A stretch of DNA of 64,000 nucleotides from the sequence record PZ386957.1; one strand, 5' to 3'. Positions 44,467-54,267 of the stretch are shown here, piece by piece. Position 1 is the first letter of the stretch; each line of letters opens with the position of its first letter. The DNA comes from a phage. The position numbers were made by a program, and so were the translations under genes. A model generated the notes under the pieces. The model was not told where the DNA came from. It ran no database searches and saw nothing but the letters and a program-made list of their open reading frames with translations.

Positions 44467-44871
44467 TTACGGGTTTACTTCGTGTTCGTTACGAATCTTG
44501 AGCATTTTGTTTTGGAAGTTTTCCGCAGCTTGCTCATCAATAGTATGAGTATACTTAAATCCAATGTATGCTGTCAAGTATTGTTGCAGAGCATAGACAG
44601 TAACAGGATTCTTTGCGGTCTTCTTGCCTTCTAGATATACCAGATCACCACGAACATCAAACGCAAGTTTACGACGAATCACATTATCAACAAACTCATC
44701 AACAACAAAATGCCAAATGTTGCTATCGGTTCCAATATCAAAATTAATCACACAGCCTTGTTTGACATAATCAAACGGTATCGGGAATAGTTTATAGTCA
44801 AGTTCGATAAACATTAATTGTTCTTTTAAGCTCATACGTTTCATTCTATCACTTCCCATCAGCAATTGCAA
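44467..44871 (-). CDS. hypothetical protein (134 aa; possible RpbA by position)
   Basis: ORF track; between 45 and 46 where rpbA lies in T4; no motif recognised. Confidence 0.4.
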   Translation of the reverse strand: MQLLMGSDRMKRMSLKEQLMFIELDYKLFPIPFDYVKQGCVINFDIGTDSNIWHFVVDEFVDNVIRRKLAFDVRGDLVYLEGKKTAKNPVTVYALQQYLTAYIGFKYTHTIDEQAAENFQNKMLKIRNEHEVNP

Positions 44872-45241
44872 TCAGACGAGTTACCACTACGCTAGCGGCT
44901 TCAATCAGCAGTTCATCGGTGTCAATCTGATAACCCTTTTCGAGAATATCTTTACCACGAATAGTTTTAGCGCCTTTAGCAATTGAATCATCGTAATACT
45001 TGCGCATTGCCGCGATCCATTCTTTTTGTACCATATCATCAATATGCGCGTACAGTTCAAAGCGTGCTTGCTGCGGGATAACCTTCATTTTAGCTTTCTC
45101 GCTTTCCGGCATTTGCAGTACCCACGCTTTACGGATCTTGTTCATTGCTCGGTCAAATTCGAGGCTGGTTTTCTTGTTCTGAATGTCTGCTACAGTAATT
45201 TTAGCCAGGTTTGCGGAAGTAGTCATAATATTAATCTCCAA
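44849..45241 (-). CDS. hypothetical protein (130 aa)
   Basis: ORF track. Confidence 0.4.
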   Translation of the reverse strand: MEINIMTTSANLAKITVADIQNKKTSLEFDRAMNKIRKAWVLQMPESEKAKMKVIPQQARFELYAHIDDMVQKEWIAAMRKYYDDSIAKGAKTIRGKDILEKGYQIDTDELLIEAASVVVTRLIAIADGK

Positions 45242-45256
45242 AATAAAATCAGTATA

Positions 45257-45487
45257 TCACGTTCTAAAGTTTGTTGCAACCCCAGCATCAGGGTAATCAA
45301 GTTTATCAAAGTTGGGGACCAGCATAAACTCATGATGACGACAAGACAACATTTTTGTTATGTCTTCATCGCTGTATATGCTGTTTTTCATATCCCCCAT
45401 ACTAACGACATATTCTTCACCGGAATATAGATTGATTAAGGTATACAATTCTAACTCCGGCTGCGTTACTCTGTCAAATGTTAACAT
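45257..45487 (-). CDS. hypothetical protein (76 aa)
   Basis: ORF track. Confidence 0.4.
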   Translation of the reverse strand: MLTFDRVTQPELELYTLINLYSGEEYVVSMGDMKNSIYSDEDITKMLSCRHHEFMLVPNFDKLDYPDAGVATNFRT

Positions 45488-47171
45488 TCATTTCAGTGAA
45501 TCGCCCACGTTTAACCATCTTGAGATGACGGCTAAAATCATCAGGGTTATGGTCACGATGGCTGATAATATACACGTTATCATCTAACTTGTCAATGATG
45601 GAATCAAGTGCTTTTACGCCTTGAACGTCCGTAGCCCCATCATAAATTTCGTCGAGTACCAACAAAGAAATATTAGTACCAGATACTTTACCAGCAACAT
45701 CACGCCACGTAAAGAGCATCGCAAGATCAATACGTGCTTTTTCGCCTTGACTGAATGATGTATACGAAAACGATTCACGCCCCCGTGATTTAATTGTTTC
45801 GTTAAACTCTTCATCTAACGTAAAGATATAATCCGCTTCCATGATATCAAGATAATACGCAATCCGATCATTGAAATATGGAATATATTTCTTGACGATA
45901 GACGCCTTAACACCGGAATCCTTCAACATTTCTGTCACAAATCCACGATGATATTTTTCAAGAACTAGCTTTGATTTTTCATTAGTGATCTCTACCAGTT
46001 CGTGTTCCAGTTTAGCAAGTTCTTCGGAATTGTCAACCCTTTCTTTTTGCAATTCCTGCATTGCTTTCTGAATCTGTTTAGCACGACCTACAGATGCCGT
46101 TAAATTCGCTCTCTGCGACTCTATAGCGCGTTTAATTTCCAAGACCTTAGTTTGTGCTGTCTGGAAAGAATTGGCTTTCTCTGCGTATTCTACGCGTTTC
46201 TCGTCAATCAGAGACAGTTTATGTTCCGCTTGTGCTTTTTGTTCGCGTACAGCTTGATCATTACCTTGAATGATCGGTTGTGTGCACGTAGGACAGACCC
46301 CGCCTTTCTCATGCATATGAATAACACGGTCAAAGTTCTGGATCTGCGCACCAATCTGTGCGATAGCCGTATTAATTTTAGCCAATGCCGCGCTAGGATC
46401 TTCCGGCATAACAACAGCCAATAGCTCATCGGTCAAGCGAGTTTCTTCGGCTTTAAATGCTTTAGCCGATTCTACCTCTTTATCATACATATTCTGTAAA
46501 CGCTGGAGATTCTCGGCACTCGCCTTGCCAGCGTCTTCTATGTACTTTTTATGAGTGTTGATTTGTTGCTGAACGTGATTAGCTTTCATTTCCTGCATTT
46601 GGATATTCTGGGTTATCTCGCGCACATACGCTTTATTCAGTTTATCCATTTCGCCTAGCGTAGCAATATCAAGCAAATCCTCGACCAGTTTACGGCGACC
46701 CGCTGCCGGAAGACTCATAAACGGAACATAACCAGCAGTGCCTAAAACAACGATCTGTTTAAAGCTGGCTAGGTTCATGCCTATGATACCTTCAAAATAT
46801 TCCTGAAAGTCTTTGGTGCTTGCGCTCTCGTCGATCTTTTGACCGTCGCGATGCACTTCGAATACTTCCGGTTTTTGACCACGTTTGATGTAAAACTCTT
46901 TCCCGTCCAGTTCAAACCAGACTTCGACTAACAGTTTCTTTTTGTTGACGCTGTTAATCAATTGGCCTTTCTTGATACTACGAAACGGTTTACCGAACAA
47001 CACAAAGCAAAGCGCCTCGATCATTGTTGATTTACCAGCACCGTTAACACCAGTGATTAGTGTCTTTTTGAATCCGTCTAGCTGAATCTCAACAGGTTCA
47101 GCACCCACGCTCATTATATTTTGATAGCGCAAGGTTTTAAAATTTAACTTTGCCATTAATCCACTCCGCAA
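45474..47171 (-). CDS. 46: recombination endonuclease subunit gp46 (SbcC/Rad50-like ATPase)
   Basis: 565 aa; Walker A GVNGAGKST, long central coiled coil with CPTC zinc hook, C-terminal signature/Walker B LLVLDE. Confidence 0.9.
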   Translation of the reverse strand: MRSGLMAKLNFKTLRYQNIMSVGAEPVEIQLDGFKKTLITGVNGAGKSTMIEALCFVLFGKPFRSIKKGQLINSVNKKKLLVEVWFELDGKEFYIKRGQKPEVFEVHRDGQKIDESASTKDFQEYFEGIIGMNLASFKQIVVLGTAGYVPFMSLPAAGRRKLVEDLLDIATLGEMDKLNKAYVREITQNIQMQEMKANHVQQQINTHKKYIEDAGKASAENLQRLQNMYDKEVESAKAFKAEETRLTDELLAVVMPEDPSAALAKINTAIAQIGAQIQNFDRVIHMHEKGGVCPTCTQPIIQGNDQAVREQKAQAEHKLSLIDEKRVEYAEKANSFQTAQTKVLEIKRAIESQRANLTASVGRAKQIQKAMQELQKERVDNSEELAKLEHELVEITNEKSKLVLEKYHRGFVTEMLKDSGVKASIVKKYIPYFNDRIAYYLDIMEADYIFTLDEEFNETIKSRGRESFSYTSFSQGEKARIDLAMLFTWRDVAGKVSGTNISLLVLDEIYDGATDVQGVKALDSIIDKLDDNVYIISHRDHNPDDFSRHLKMVKRGRFTEMNVNI

Positions 47172-47400
47172 TCACACATTCCATAATATTAAATGCTAAC
47201 ACATCTTCATCAATGTTGTAAACACTTGCCGCCTTCACTTTAACTAATGTGTCTCTGCGATCTGGCAGCATGATCACATAATCCAGTGTCGCAGGGTCAT
47301 ATGTCATAAAGGGATCAATGTAAATCCCTTTATTCAATGCCAGATATTCGCGAAGACCTTCTATAACCCTGTGTCTAAGGTAGGTCATCGATAGAATCAT
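47137..47400 (-). CDS. hypothetical protein (87 aa)
   Basis: ORF track; between 46 and 47. Confidence 0.4.
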   Translation of the reverse strand: MILSMTYLRHRVIEGLREYLALNKGIYIDPFMTYDPATLDYVIMLPDRRDTLVKVKAASVYNIDEDVLAFNIMECVIAEWINGKVKF

Positions 47401-47981
47401 TTTAGTTTATGTTCCTCTAAAAATTCTTCAATTTCACCTTGCAGGTCTTCCGCTTGCTGTTCCAGAATATCGCGAAACTCACCTACACTCAAGCGGTAAT
47501 CACATTTCACCAGTCGATGCGGGAGAATATACCCTTTATACATCGTCTCTGACGCTTCCAGGAATACCCCGCTATGCATAACAGAGATCCACCCTGTTAA
47601 CGTCAAAGGTGTATTCGGAAAATAATATTTGCTGGATTGTTTCCACTGGACGAAAGCACCATATACAATCGGATTATATTCACCGACAACACTCTTAATA
47701 ATGGATTCTACCCTGTCTTTTACAAAGTCGCCAATGTCCATAGTCACCATCAACTCTTGTGGGTGAATCACTTTAAGGTAACGACGATAATCATCATCAT
47801 AGTACAGCTTAACCACTGGTCCACCCCACATAGACGAAATATTCGCTTTCAGATATCCATAAATCGGATTCTTATCATAGGATTGTTTTAGCGTGTAGTT
47901 ATGCAACAGCGTAATAAAATGTTGCATCACCTCAACCGCGCCCGTAATCGTATTCATAATATGTCCCCCTTTCAATTTCAT
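47397..47981 (-). CDS. hypothetical protein (194 aa)
   Basis: ORF track. Confidence 0.45.
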   Translation of the reverse strand: MKLKGGHIMNTITGAVEVMQHFITLLHNYTLKQSYDKNPIYGYLKANISSMWGGPVVKLYYDDDYRRYLKVIHPQELMVTMDIGDFVKDRVESIIKSVVGEYNPIVYGAFVQWKQSSKYYFPNTPLTLTGWISVMHSGVFLEASETMYKGYILPHRLVKCDYRLSVGEFRDILEQQAEDLQGEIEEFLEEHKLK

Positions 47982-48276
47982 ATTGTTTCAGGTCTTCTAA
48001 AAGCTCATCCATTGCTTGTTTCAGCACATGACGCAGAGTAAAGTAATAGCTTTCATCAAATTCTATTTCCGCGCGAGGGATAGAGCGAATCTTACACTTA
48101 ACGGTAGTATCAGTGAGTCGCTTTTCGACCATCATCCGAACTTCTTCATGCTCTTTGGAATACCATACATCAACGGAGATCCCCTTACGTCGAGCAAACA
48201 TAGGCAAAGCTGCATTAAATTCTACTACTTTTTGTGCAAGTGTTTTCATTTTACATACTCCACGATTCACGGGCAA
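47932..48276 (-). CDS. hypothetical protein (114 aa)
   Basis: ORF track. Confidence 0.4.
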   Translation of the reverse strand: MPVNRGVCKMKTLAQKVVEFNAALPMFARRKGISVDVWYSKEHEEVRMMVEKRLTDTTVKCKIRSIPRAEIEFDESYYFTLRHVLKQAMDELLEDLKQYEIERGTYYEYDYGRG

Positions 48277-48496
48277 TCACATTCTGGGTAATATCAGCAA
48301 TCTTACGGGATACGATGTTTGTTAGCCCCTCTTTGGTGATATTTTCACGATCAAATGGGATTTCGTCATGAGTCCATAACCCAGAGTTAGACCGAAATGA
48401 TAGCATATACTGACCATCTCGTACAACCTCAAATACATGGATCTTAGTGAACTTCGCTAAACCTTCGTTGATTTTGTTCAGTGCATCAGTAATCAT
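48251..48496 (-). CDS. hypothetical protein (81 aa; start moved to ATG with SD GGAGG)
   Basis: Track start is a non-ATG codon; ATG at 48496 preceded by GGAGGTTATATT. Confidence 0.4.
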   Translation of the reverse strand: MITDALNKINEGLAKFTKIHVFEVVRDGQYMLSFRSNSGLWTHDEIPFDRENITKEGLTNIVSRKIADITQNVIARESWSM

Positions 48497-48523
48497 AATA
48501 TAACCTCCAATCAATTTTTAGAG

Positions 48524-48552
48524 AGTATAACGGGGATTTCTCCCCGCGTCAA
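48524..48552 (-). promoter_or_regulatory. early sigma70-type promoter with inverted-repeat spacer
   Basis: TTGACG-CGGGGAGAAATCCCCGT-TATACT on minus strand. Confidence 0.55.
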
Positions 48553-49578
48553 CTAATTTTTTGCGCTATTTACTTCGGCTAAAAGTTCATCAGAAATACG
48601 CTTGACCGCCGCAAGTTCTTCCGGTTCTAGGTTTTGTTCTTCCAGATATTCATAGACCATCTGAATAGTGCTTTTAACCTCAATAACACCAGTTTCCTGT
48701 GATGCGCTACTCTCCAGCTTATGGACCACTTTTAGCTTGTGTACAACGGCCTCTAACGCGCTTTCTAACTTAGTTAACCCATTATCAGCGACCGTTGCGA
48801 TAAGACGCACACTAAGCCCCTTATAGCGTTCTACATCGATTTTATCATCTGACGGGTAAGTGATACGCACATGATAAGTTTTGTCGTTCTGGATAAACTC
48901 TTTTTTGTGTGTATCGGTATCAAATACCCAAAAACCACGCGGATCATTTTCGTCACCAGCCGTTAGTGTGTATGGTGTACCGATATACGTTACGTTACCG
49001 CCATCACTGATAGTATGAAAGTGACCAGAAAACACTTCACGGTATTTCTTGAGGAAGTCCGCGCTATAACCTTCGGATTTTAACCCTTTATAGAAATAGT
49101 AACCGGACAATTCCCAATGACCTACACAATATTCGCTAAATGAATTTTGAATAAACTCTAAAACCTCGGATTTATTGTCATCACAAAACCACGGGAACAG
49201 GTCGAATGATACCCCGTCAAAGCTAACGGTTTCCGGCTTATCAATGACCTTAATGCAATCATACTGGCTTAACACTTCACGCGGTGCGTTAGGCTGGATC
49301 TTGTTTCGTTTAAACATATCATGATTGCCTACCGTGATATAACAGGTGATTCCTGCCTCTTCCAGTAATGGGATGACCTTAGTACGGTTAAATTTCATGG
49401 TTTCATGAGTTATCGCCTTGCGGCAATCAAACCAATCCCCTGTCTGAATCCATGTCTTAATATCATGTTCTTTTGAGTATTCAACCGCTTTCTTGATGGT
49501 ATCAAGAATATAATCATGTACCCACGGATCATCGCCACCGATACCAGTATGCAGATCACCCAAAAGCAAAATTTTCAT
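48553..49578 (-). CDS. 47: recombination endonuclease subunit gp47 (SbcD/Mre11-like phosphoesterase)
   Basis: 341 aa; MKILLLGDLH, GDWFD, VGNHD, GHFH metallophosphatase motifs. Confidence 0.9.
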   Translation of the reverse strand: MKILLLGDLHTGIGGDDPWVHDYILDTIKKAVEYSKEHDIKTWIQTGDWFDCRKAITHETMKFNRTKVIPLLEEAGITCYITVGNHDMFKRNKIQPNAPREVLSQYDCIKVIDKPETVSFDGVSFDLFPWFCDDNKSEVLEFIQNSFSEYCVGHWELSGYYFYKGLKSEGYSADFLKKYREVFSGHFHTISDGGNVTYIGTPYTLTAGDENDPRGFWVFDTDTHKKEFIQNDKTYHVRITYPSDDKIDVERYKGLSVRLIATVADNGLTKLESALEAVVHKLKVVHKLESSASQETGVIEVKSTIQMVYEYLEEQNLEPEELAAVKRISDELLAEVNSAKN

Positions 49579-49668
49579 AGTCTCTTCCTCTCTTCGTTTT
49601 CGATGCTCTCACTATATCATAGAAAAATAAAAAGGGAAACCCCTTTCAGAGTCTCCCTTATAAAGCCA

Positions 49669-49956
49669 TTACAGCATACTTAATACCGTTTGACGTGTAC
49701 TAACCCACATAGCGGAAAGCAGTTCTGGAGTGTGTGGCTGTTTGTAGATATCACGTAATTTTCCGATAGCGTAGATATACGCATCACGGTTATCATCGAT
49801 GATAGCTTGTTCAGCCCACCGCTTAAGGCGTGCAATCTCTCGCGAGTTCTTACGCAAGATCTTTTCCGCTTTCTTAGCGGCTTTCGCCTCTAGTTCTGCT
49901 TGTACTTTGTCTACTTCATTCACTACAATCTGGTCATGTTGTTCATCGTAAGTCAT
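49669..49956 (-). CDS. hypothetical protein (95 aa)
   Basis: ORF track; between 47 and 55. Confidence 0.4.
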   Translation of the reverse strand: MTYDEQHDQIVVNEVDKVQAELEAKAAKKAEKILRKNSREIARLKRWAEQAIIDDNRDAYIYAIGKLRDIYKQPHTPELLSAMWVSTRQTVLSML

Positions 49957-49957
49957 A

Positions 49958-50191
49958 TTATTTTCCTTCTGGGATATAGTCGATGATTAAAGAAAATTCA
50001 TCTTCTGATACATTATAGCTATGTGAGATTGTACCCGTCAAGACCTCAAGATCCGGTGACTTGATATTACACGGATCGATAATCACCGGAACGCCGCAAT
50101 CTCTCAAAAATAATTTGGCGAAATACGGCACAAGGTCAGTTTCAAACTCTGCTTCTTCCAGCAAACGGGAAATATTAATTTTCAATCTCAT
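49958..50191 (-). CDS. hypothetical protein (77 aa)
   Basis: ORF track. Confidence 0.4.
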   Translation of the reverse strand: MRLKINISRLLEEAEFETDLVPYFAKLFLRDCGVPVIIDPCNIKSPDLEVLTGTISHSYNVSEDEFSLIIDYIPEGK

Positions 50192-50708
50192 AGAATTGGT
50201 CCAGGCTAGGCAATTCCTCGGTCAATACATCTTCAACCTTCGGCGCTTTCGGCTTATTGACCGATTCCTCGTAATTGTTGATCTTATCGTAAATGTCCTG
50301 AATGAATGCCTCATCAGCAATCTGGCACATATCAGCGTCGCGTTCGTCATATACATGATGCACAAAATACTTATATTTTGCGGCTGTCGCTGTTCTTTCT
50401 TTTTTAATGCGCTGTACAAAGGCATTAAAGCACGCTTGCGTAATGTAAGCATGAGGATTTTTATACTTTGTCTCGTCAAAATTAATCAAACCTTTGACCG
50501 CCGCTTCGATTCCATCGTCGATCATTTCTTCGCGCCATGTTTGACTATAACCAGAAAAGTTAAAACGCCGTGATAGATTTTTAGAGATTTGCATAATTGC
50601 TAGACCGATTTGATCGCTCATTGGAACTTGTCGACCTTCGGCTGCAATTCGCTGTTTCCAACGACAAATTTCTTCGTAAAGTTCTTTATTGTTTACATAA
50701 TCAGACAC
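50175..50708 (-). CDS. 55: late sigma factor gp55
   Basis: 177 aa; [76 protein letters not shown] match remembered T4 gp55. Confidence 0.92.
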   Translation of the reverse strand: MSDYVNNKELYEEICRWKQRIAAEGRQVPMSDQIGLAIMQISKNLSRRFNFSGYSQTWREEMIDDGIEAAVKGLINFDETKYKNPHAYITQACFNAFVQRIKKERTATAAKYKYFVHHVYDERDADMCQIADEAFIQDIYDKINNYEESVNKPKAPKVEDVLTEELPSLDQFYEIEN

Positions 50709-50748
50709 TTCGCACCCTCGCTATTATTTAGGAAATAACCCTTTCGGG

Positions 50749-52221
50749 CTATCTCCATTCTCGTTTATATTTGCGGTCTTTATCAATCCACTGTTGCACC
50801 ATCTCTATTGATTCAGGATCATTTTCATCAAGGGTAAACCCTTTCTTCTTCATGCGGTATTTGAAACCATCAAATCTTTTAGCCTCATCACTGGTCATAT
50901 TATGTTTCTTTTTAAATGATTGCTTACTCTTACGTTGACCACAATCAAGCTGAATCATTTTATCAGTGATAATTTTTGCATTAGGGAAAAATTCTTTGAT
51001 GTATTCAGCCAAAGGCCAATCAGGAACATAGAGATTTACTTCCTGTGTTGATTCGTTATCACGCAAATTGCTACGGAGACACAACTGAAAAGCCGAATCA
51101 AGATAATCGGTTAAATGACGCGCATCAACAAAATCATTGACAGGAAGATCACAACTACGTGCTAATCCGCGAAGAATATCAATTTCCCACGGACGAGCGT
51201 TATAGCTATACAATACCGCAACATTAGTATGATGTATATAATAGTTAAGACCATGTGGACCATATGATAAGCGAACACCTTTACCGCGTGTTGCGTATTC
51301 ACGGTCTTTGTTTACTGTATAGATGAAATTATCACCACATTCATTTATAACCAGGTCAATCATCTTTTCAAATGTACCATTAACCTTAGATTGATTTCGT
51401 GACCATCTCTCGGAATCGGTCATCAAAATGATGTTAACCCGGTGAGTATTCTTATACTCAGTAAAATACAATCTAGATCTTAACTCACTTTCGACAAATT
51501 CGCAACCAACATAATGTTTAAGATACTTCCCGCTATATGTTCGTTCCAGTTCAGCACTTGCTATAGTGACTTTCTTGAAATTTTCCCATACATGATGCTT
51601 TGTGTCGTTCAGGAAAATAACCCGTGATCCATTTTCTCGATGGCCATCATTATGCTTCACCATAACGCGAATCTTACTATTCAATAACGCTCCATAAAGC
51701 GATGTAAGCGCACTATCGATATAATCTAACCCTTTCTTACCCTCATCTAGTTTTTGCTTGATATAGGGCGTTTCAGAAGGTTTTAGAATTAATTCCTGCA
51801 TATCTTCCGATTTATCGGCTATTGGTTCGCAATATTTCAGAATCATACCCAAATTAGATTTAAGTGCGCATTCTTCAAACTCAACCAATTTAGGAACTTC
51901 GTCAATATAAAGGCTATAATCATTGAATAGCTTAGAAGGTTCCAGCGAGGCAAGCGCGTTATGTGTAATAAACAACACATCAATATCATCTCTAAGAGAT
52001 TGAATAATAGACGCTTGCACTGTCATGTAACTTTTTAGTTTGCTGTCACTATCAATCAAGACAGCACGACCGCCTAACTTCATAAACTTATTGTAAGATT
52101 GTTCACTTAAAACACGCGTTGGTGAAGCAATAACCGCTTTTTCTTTTGTCTCTAGGACGTGGGAAAGAATTGCGTCAGTCTTCCCCGCTGCTGGTAATGC
52201 GATTAATGTTTCAATTTTCAT
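50749..52221 (-). CDS. helicase-like P-loop NTPase (Walker A, motif Ia-like, DE-box)
   Basis: 490 aa; ALPAAGKT (Walker A), SPTRVLSEQ (motif Ia-like), LYIDEVP (Walker B/DExx), basic C-terminal tail; no T4 counterpart recognised. Confidence 0.5.
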   Translation of the reverse strand: MKIETLIALPAAGKTDAILSHVLETKEKAVIASPTRVLSEQSYNKFMKLGGRAVLIDSDSKLKSYMTVQASIIQSLRDDIDVLFITHNALASLEPSKLFNDYSLYIDEVPKLVEFEECALKSNLGMILKYCEPIADKSEDMQELILKPSETPYIKQKLDEGKKGLDYIDSALTSLYGALLNSKIRVMVKHNDGHRENGSRVIFLNDTKHHVWENFKKVTIASAELERTYSGKYLKHYVGCEFVESELRSRLYFTEYKNTHRVNIILMTDSERWSRNQSKVNGTFEKMIDLVINECGDNFIYTVNKDREYATRGKGVRLSYGPHGLNYYIHHTNVAVLYSYNARPWEIDILRGLARSCDLPVNDFVDARHLTDYLDSAFQLCLRSNLRDNESTQEVNLYVPDWPLAEYIKEFFPNAKIITDKMIQLDCGQRKSKQSFKKKHNMTSDEAKRFDGFKYRMKKKGFTLDENDPESIEMVQQWIDKDRKYKREWR

Positions 52222-52526
52222 TAGAAACCCTTACGTCGTGCTTTCTGGCATTTCTTGATCGCCTTATCCGAAATTTCACGTTTCGGGGCGATCTCTTTAA
52301 CGCCAAATGCTTTCACTCCAAATTCAGAAAGAATATATTCTACCATCAATTCACGCACACGCGCTTTACCGATATTCACACCATTATTTTTCAGATATTG
52401 CTGGCCTTCTACTTGCATAAGGTCCAGATCTGCATCAGTGATATTAATCTCTTCCATGCGTCCAAATCGAGAGTAAACCATGTGTGCGATTGCATTGTGT
52501 ACTAACATAATATATTCCTCACTCAA
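52221..52526 (-). CDS. hypothetical protein (101 aa)
   Basis: ORF track; start overlaps upstream ORF stop. Confidence 0.4.
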   Translation of the reverse strand: MSEEYIMLVHNAIAHMVYSRFGRMEEINITDADLDLMQVEGQQYLKNNGVNIGKARVRELMVEYILSEFGVKAFGVKEIAPKREISDKAIKKCQKARRKGF

Positions 52527-52529
52527 GAA

Positions 52530-52688
52530 TTACTTAATGATACTTACTTTACCAGATCCGTGACAATGAGCGCAACACCCATCACCACGCAATCCTGTTC
52601 CGTTACAGTGTTTACACTTCTTCAAAGGTAAAGCCATTATGGCAAATAAAGCAATAATGAACACCGAAACTAAATTCTCAATAATCAT
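52530..52688 (-). CDS. small membrane-anchored zinc-ribbon protein (52 aa; not in ORF track)
   Basis: MIIENLVSVFIIALFAIMALPLKKCKHCNGTGLRGDGCCAHCHGSGKVSIIK: one hydrophobic helix then two CxxCxGxG DnaJ-like units; SD GAGGG; alternative start at internal ATG 52637. Confidence 0.4.
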   Translation of the reverse strand: MIIENLVSVFIIALFAIMALPLKKCKHCNGTGLRGDGCCAHCHGSGKVSIIK

Positions 52689-52947
52689 AAATCGCCCTCA
52701 GTTCTTTATAGCCTCCAATGTGCTCGTTGTCAATGAATATCTGGGGGTATACAAATCGGAGGCTGTCTTTACCCAACCTCCCCGCCAGTTCTTCAATCAT
52801 ATCACGGTCGGGAATAATGTCAACCCCGACCTGCTTGAATACTGGTTTAAGTGTATACGGAATACCCAGATCATCCAGTAGCTTCATTGCACTAATACAA
52901 CCATAACAATGATAAGCCTCTTTCGGTATACCGTATATCTCGATCAT
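52678..52947 (-). CDS. glutaredoxin-like protein (NrdH-like)
   Basis: 89 aa; CYGC active site near N-terminus and VYPQIFIDNEHIGGYKEL glutaredoxin C-terminal motif. Confidence 0.75.
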   Translation of the reverse strand: MIEIYGIPKEAYHCYGCISAMKLLDDLGIPYTLKPVFKQVGVDIIPDRDMIEELAGRLGKDSLRFVYPQIFIDNEHIGGYKELRAIYDY

Positions 52948-53420
52948 TTCTCAGCCTTTAATCTTTCCAGTTCTTCTTCCAGTTCCTTGATGCGTTGTTC
53001 TCGTTCAAAATCACGCTGTAACTTAGTGGCGAATACTCGTTTAAACTGATTGTAATCATCGATTTTAAACACTTCTTCTTCGCCATAGCGACGTACAGAA
53101 ACTTCGTAGTTATTGAAGAATTGTTGCATCATTGCTTCGGATGATAGTTCTGCTGATACTACTTTAAAATATTGATCTTCTGTAGGCGAAAACCAATTGC
53201 AAGCATAAAGATAAACCTTTTCATTGTCTGGACACTGGTAAGCCTTACCATCGATTTCAATCACAGAAACATATTCAGGTATAGTAGATGAATCAATAGC
53301 TAAGACTTTAAACTGACGGTCCCCGATAAACTCGGAGATCGCACGATTCGCATCACTGATCGCAAATGCTTTACGCGCTTGTTCGTTTTTCCACTGATAG
53401 GTCATGCCAACAACAAACAT
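52944..53420 (-). CDS. member of repeat-containing paralogous family (one N-terminal repeat unit plus coiled-coil tail)
   Basis: MTYQWKNEQARKAF...FKVLAIDSS...IEIDGKAY resembles the repeat unit in neighbouring genes; start moved to Met with SD GAGG. Confidence 0.5.
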   Translation of the reverse strand: MFVVGMTYQWKNEQARKAFAISDANRAISEFIGDRQFKVLAIDSSTIPEYVSVIEIDGKAYQCPDNEKVYLYACNWFSPTEDQYFKVVSAELSSEAMMQQFFNNYEVSVRRYGEEEVFKIDDYNQFKRVFATKLQRDFEREQRIKELEEELERLKAEK

Positions 53421-53421
53421 A

Positions 53422-54255
53422 TTACCAACCTCGCTCTTTACCAATCAAAAATTCAACTTCACGACGTTTAATGTCTTCTTGAAGGTCTTTAATCTTCTGG
53501 CGATCTTGCATGATTTCGTCCATTTTGTCAAGTGCTGCGATGAAATCATCGAAACGTTCAAAGGTTTTACCTTCATTTGCTTCGCCAAATTTAACCATTG
53601 TCAGGCCGTAACGACTACTAAACAGACGTTTCAACTGTCCAACGACCTTAGAATCATCGTTCACCTTTTCTTCTGGTTCTTTCACTGTTTCAACTTCACG
53701 AAAATATTTTCGTTCAAGCCCAACAAACCACACAGCATCAACATCATCATCAACACCCGCCGAATGAGGATTAAATGTTCCACAAGCATTATCATTATTG
53801 ACGTCGATCATAGTAACGAAACCAACAGAATCAACGGAAGATACCGTAAAAGTCTCATCTCCTATCCAATCAGCAATTTTACGGTTGATATTAGAACAGT
53901 GAGAAAACGTCACTTTTGCGTTTACATCTTTCCAAGTATAAGTTTTACCAACTTCCCATTTAGGAGGAACTTCTTCAACTTCACGAAAGAATTTTCTATC
54001 GAATGGACTAAAGAAATATGTTGATGTCCAAATGTCTTTTCCTGTAGCAGTTTTCGCCGTATGATAAACACCGTCTAGCTCTATTGCATCAATCCAACCG
54101 TTACCCTCGATCTCGATGATGGTAAATGGCTTGTCACCAATAGCTACACTAATATCGCTGTTAAGTGGAGAAAGACAACCGTCTACGTTAGTAATAAACT
54201 CAGTTTTAGCGTTTTCGTCTTTCCAAGTGTAAGTTTTACCAATTTCCCATTTCAT
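53422..54255 (-). CDS. member of repeat-containing paralogous family (two tandem repeat units)
   Basis: KWEIGKTYTWKDENAKTEF...RKFFREV and KWEVGKTYTWKDVNAKVTF...RKYFREV; preceded by AGAGGATTATATT-ATG. Confidence 0.55.
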   Translation of the reverse strand: MKWEIGKTYTWKDENAKTEFITNVDGCLSPLNSDISVAIGDKPFTIIEIEGNGWIDAIELDGVYHTAKTATGKDIWTSTYFFSPFDRKFFREVEEVPPKWEVGKTYTWKDVNAKVTFSHCSNINRKIADWIGDETFTVSSVDSVGFVTMIDVNNDNACGTFNPHSAGVDDDVDAVWFVGLERKYFREVETVKEPEEKVNDDSKVVGQLKRLFSSRYGLTMVKFGEANEGKTFERFDDFIAALDKMDEIMQDRQKIKDLQEDIKRREVEFLIGKERGW

Positions 54256-54267
54256 AATATAATCCTC

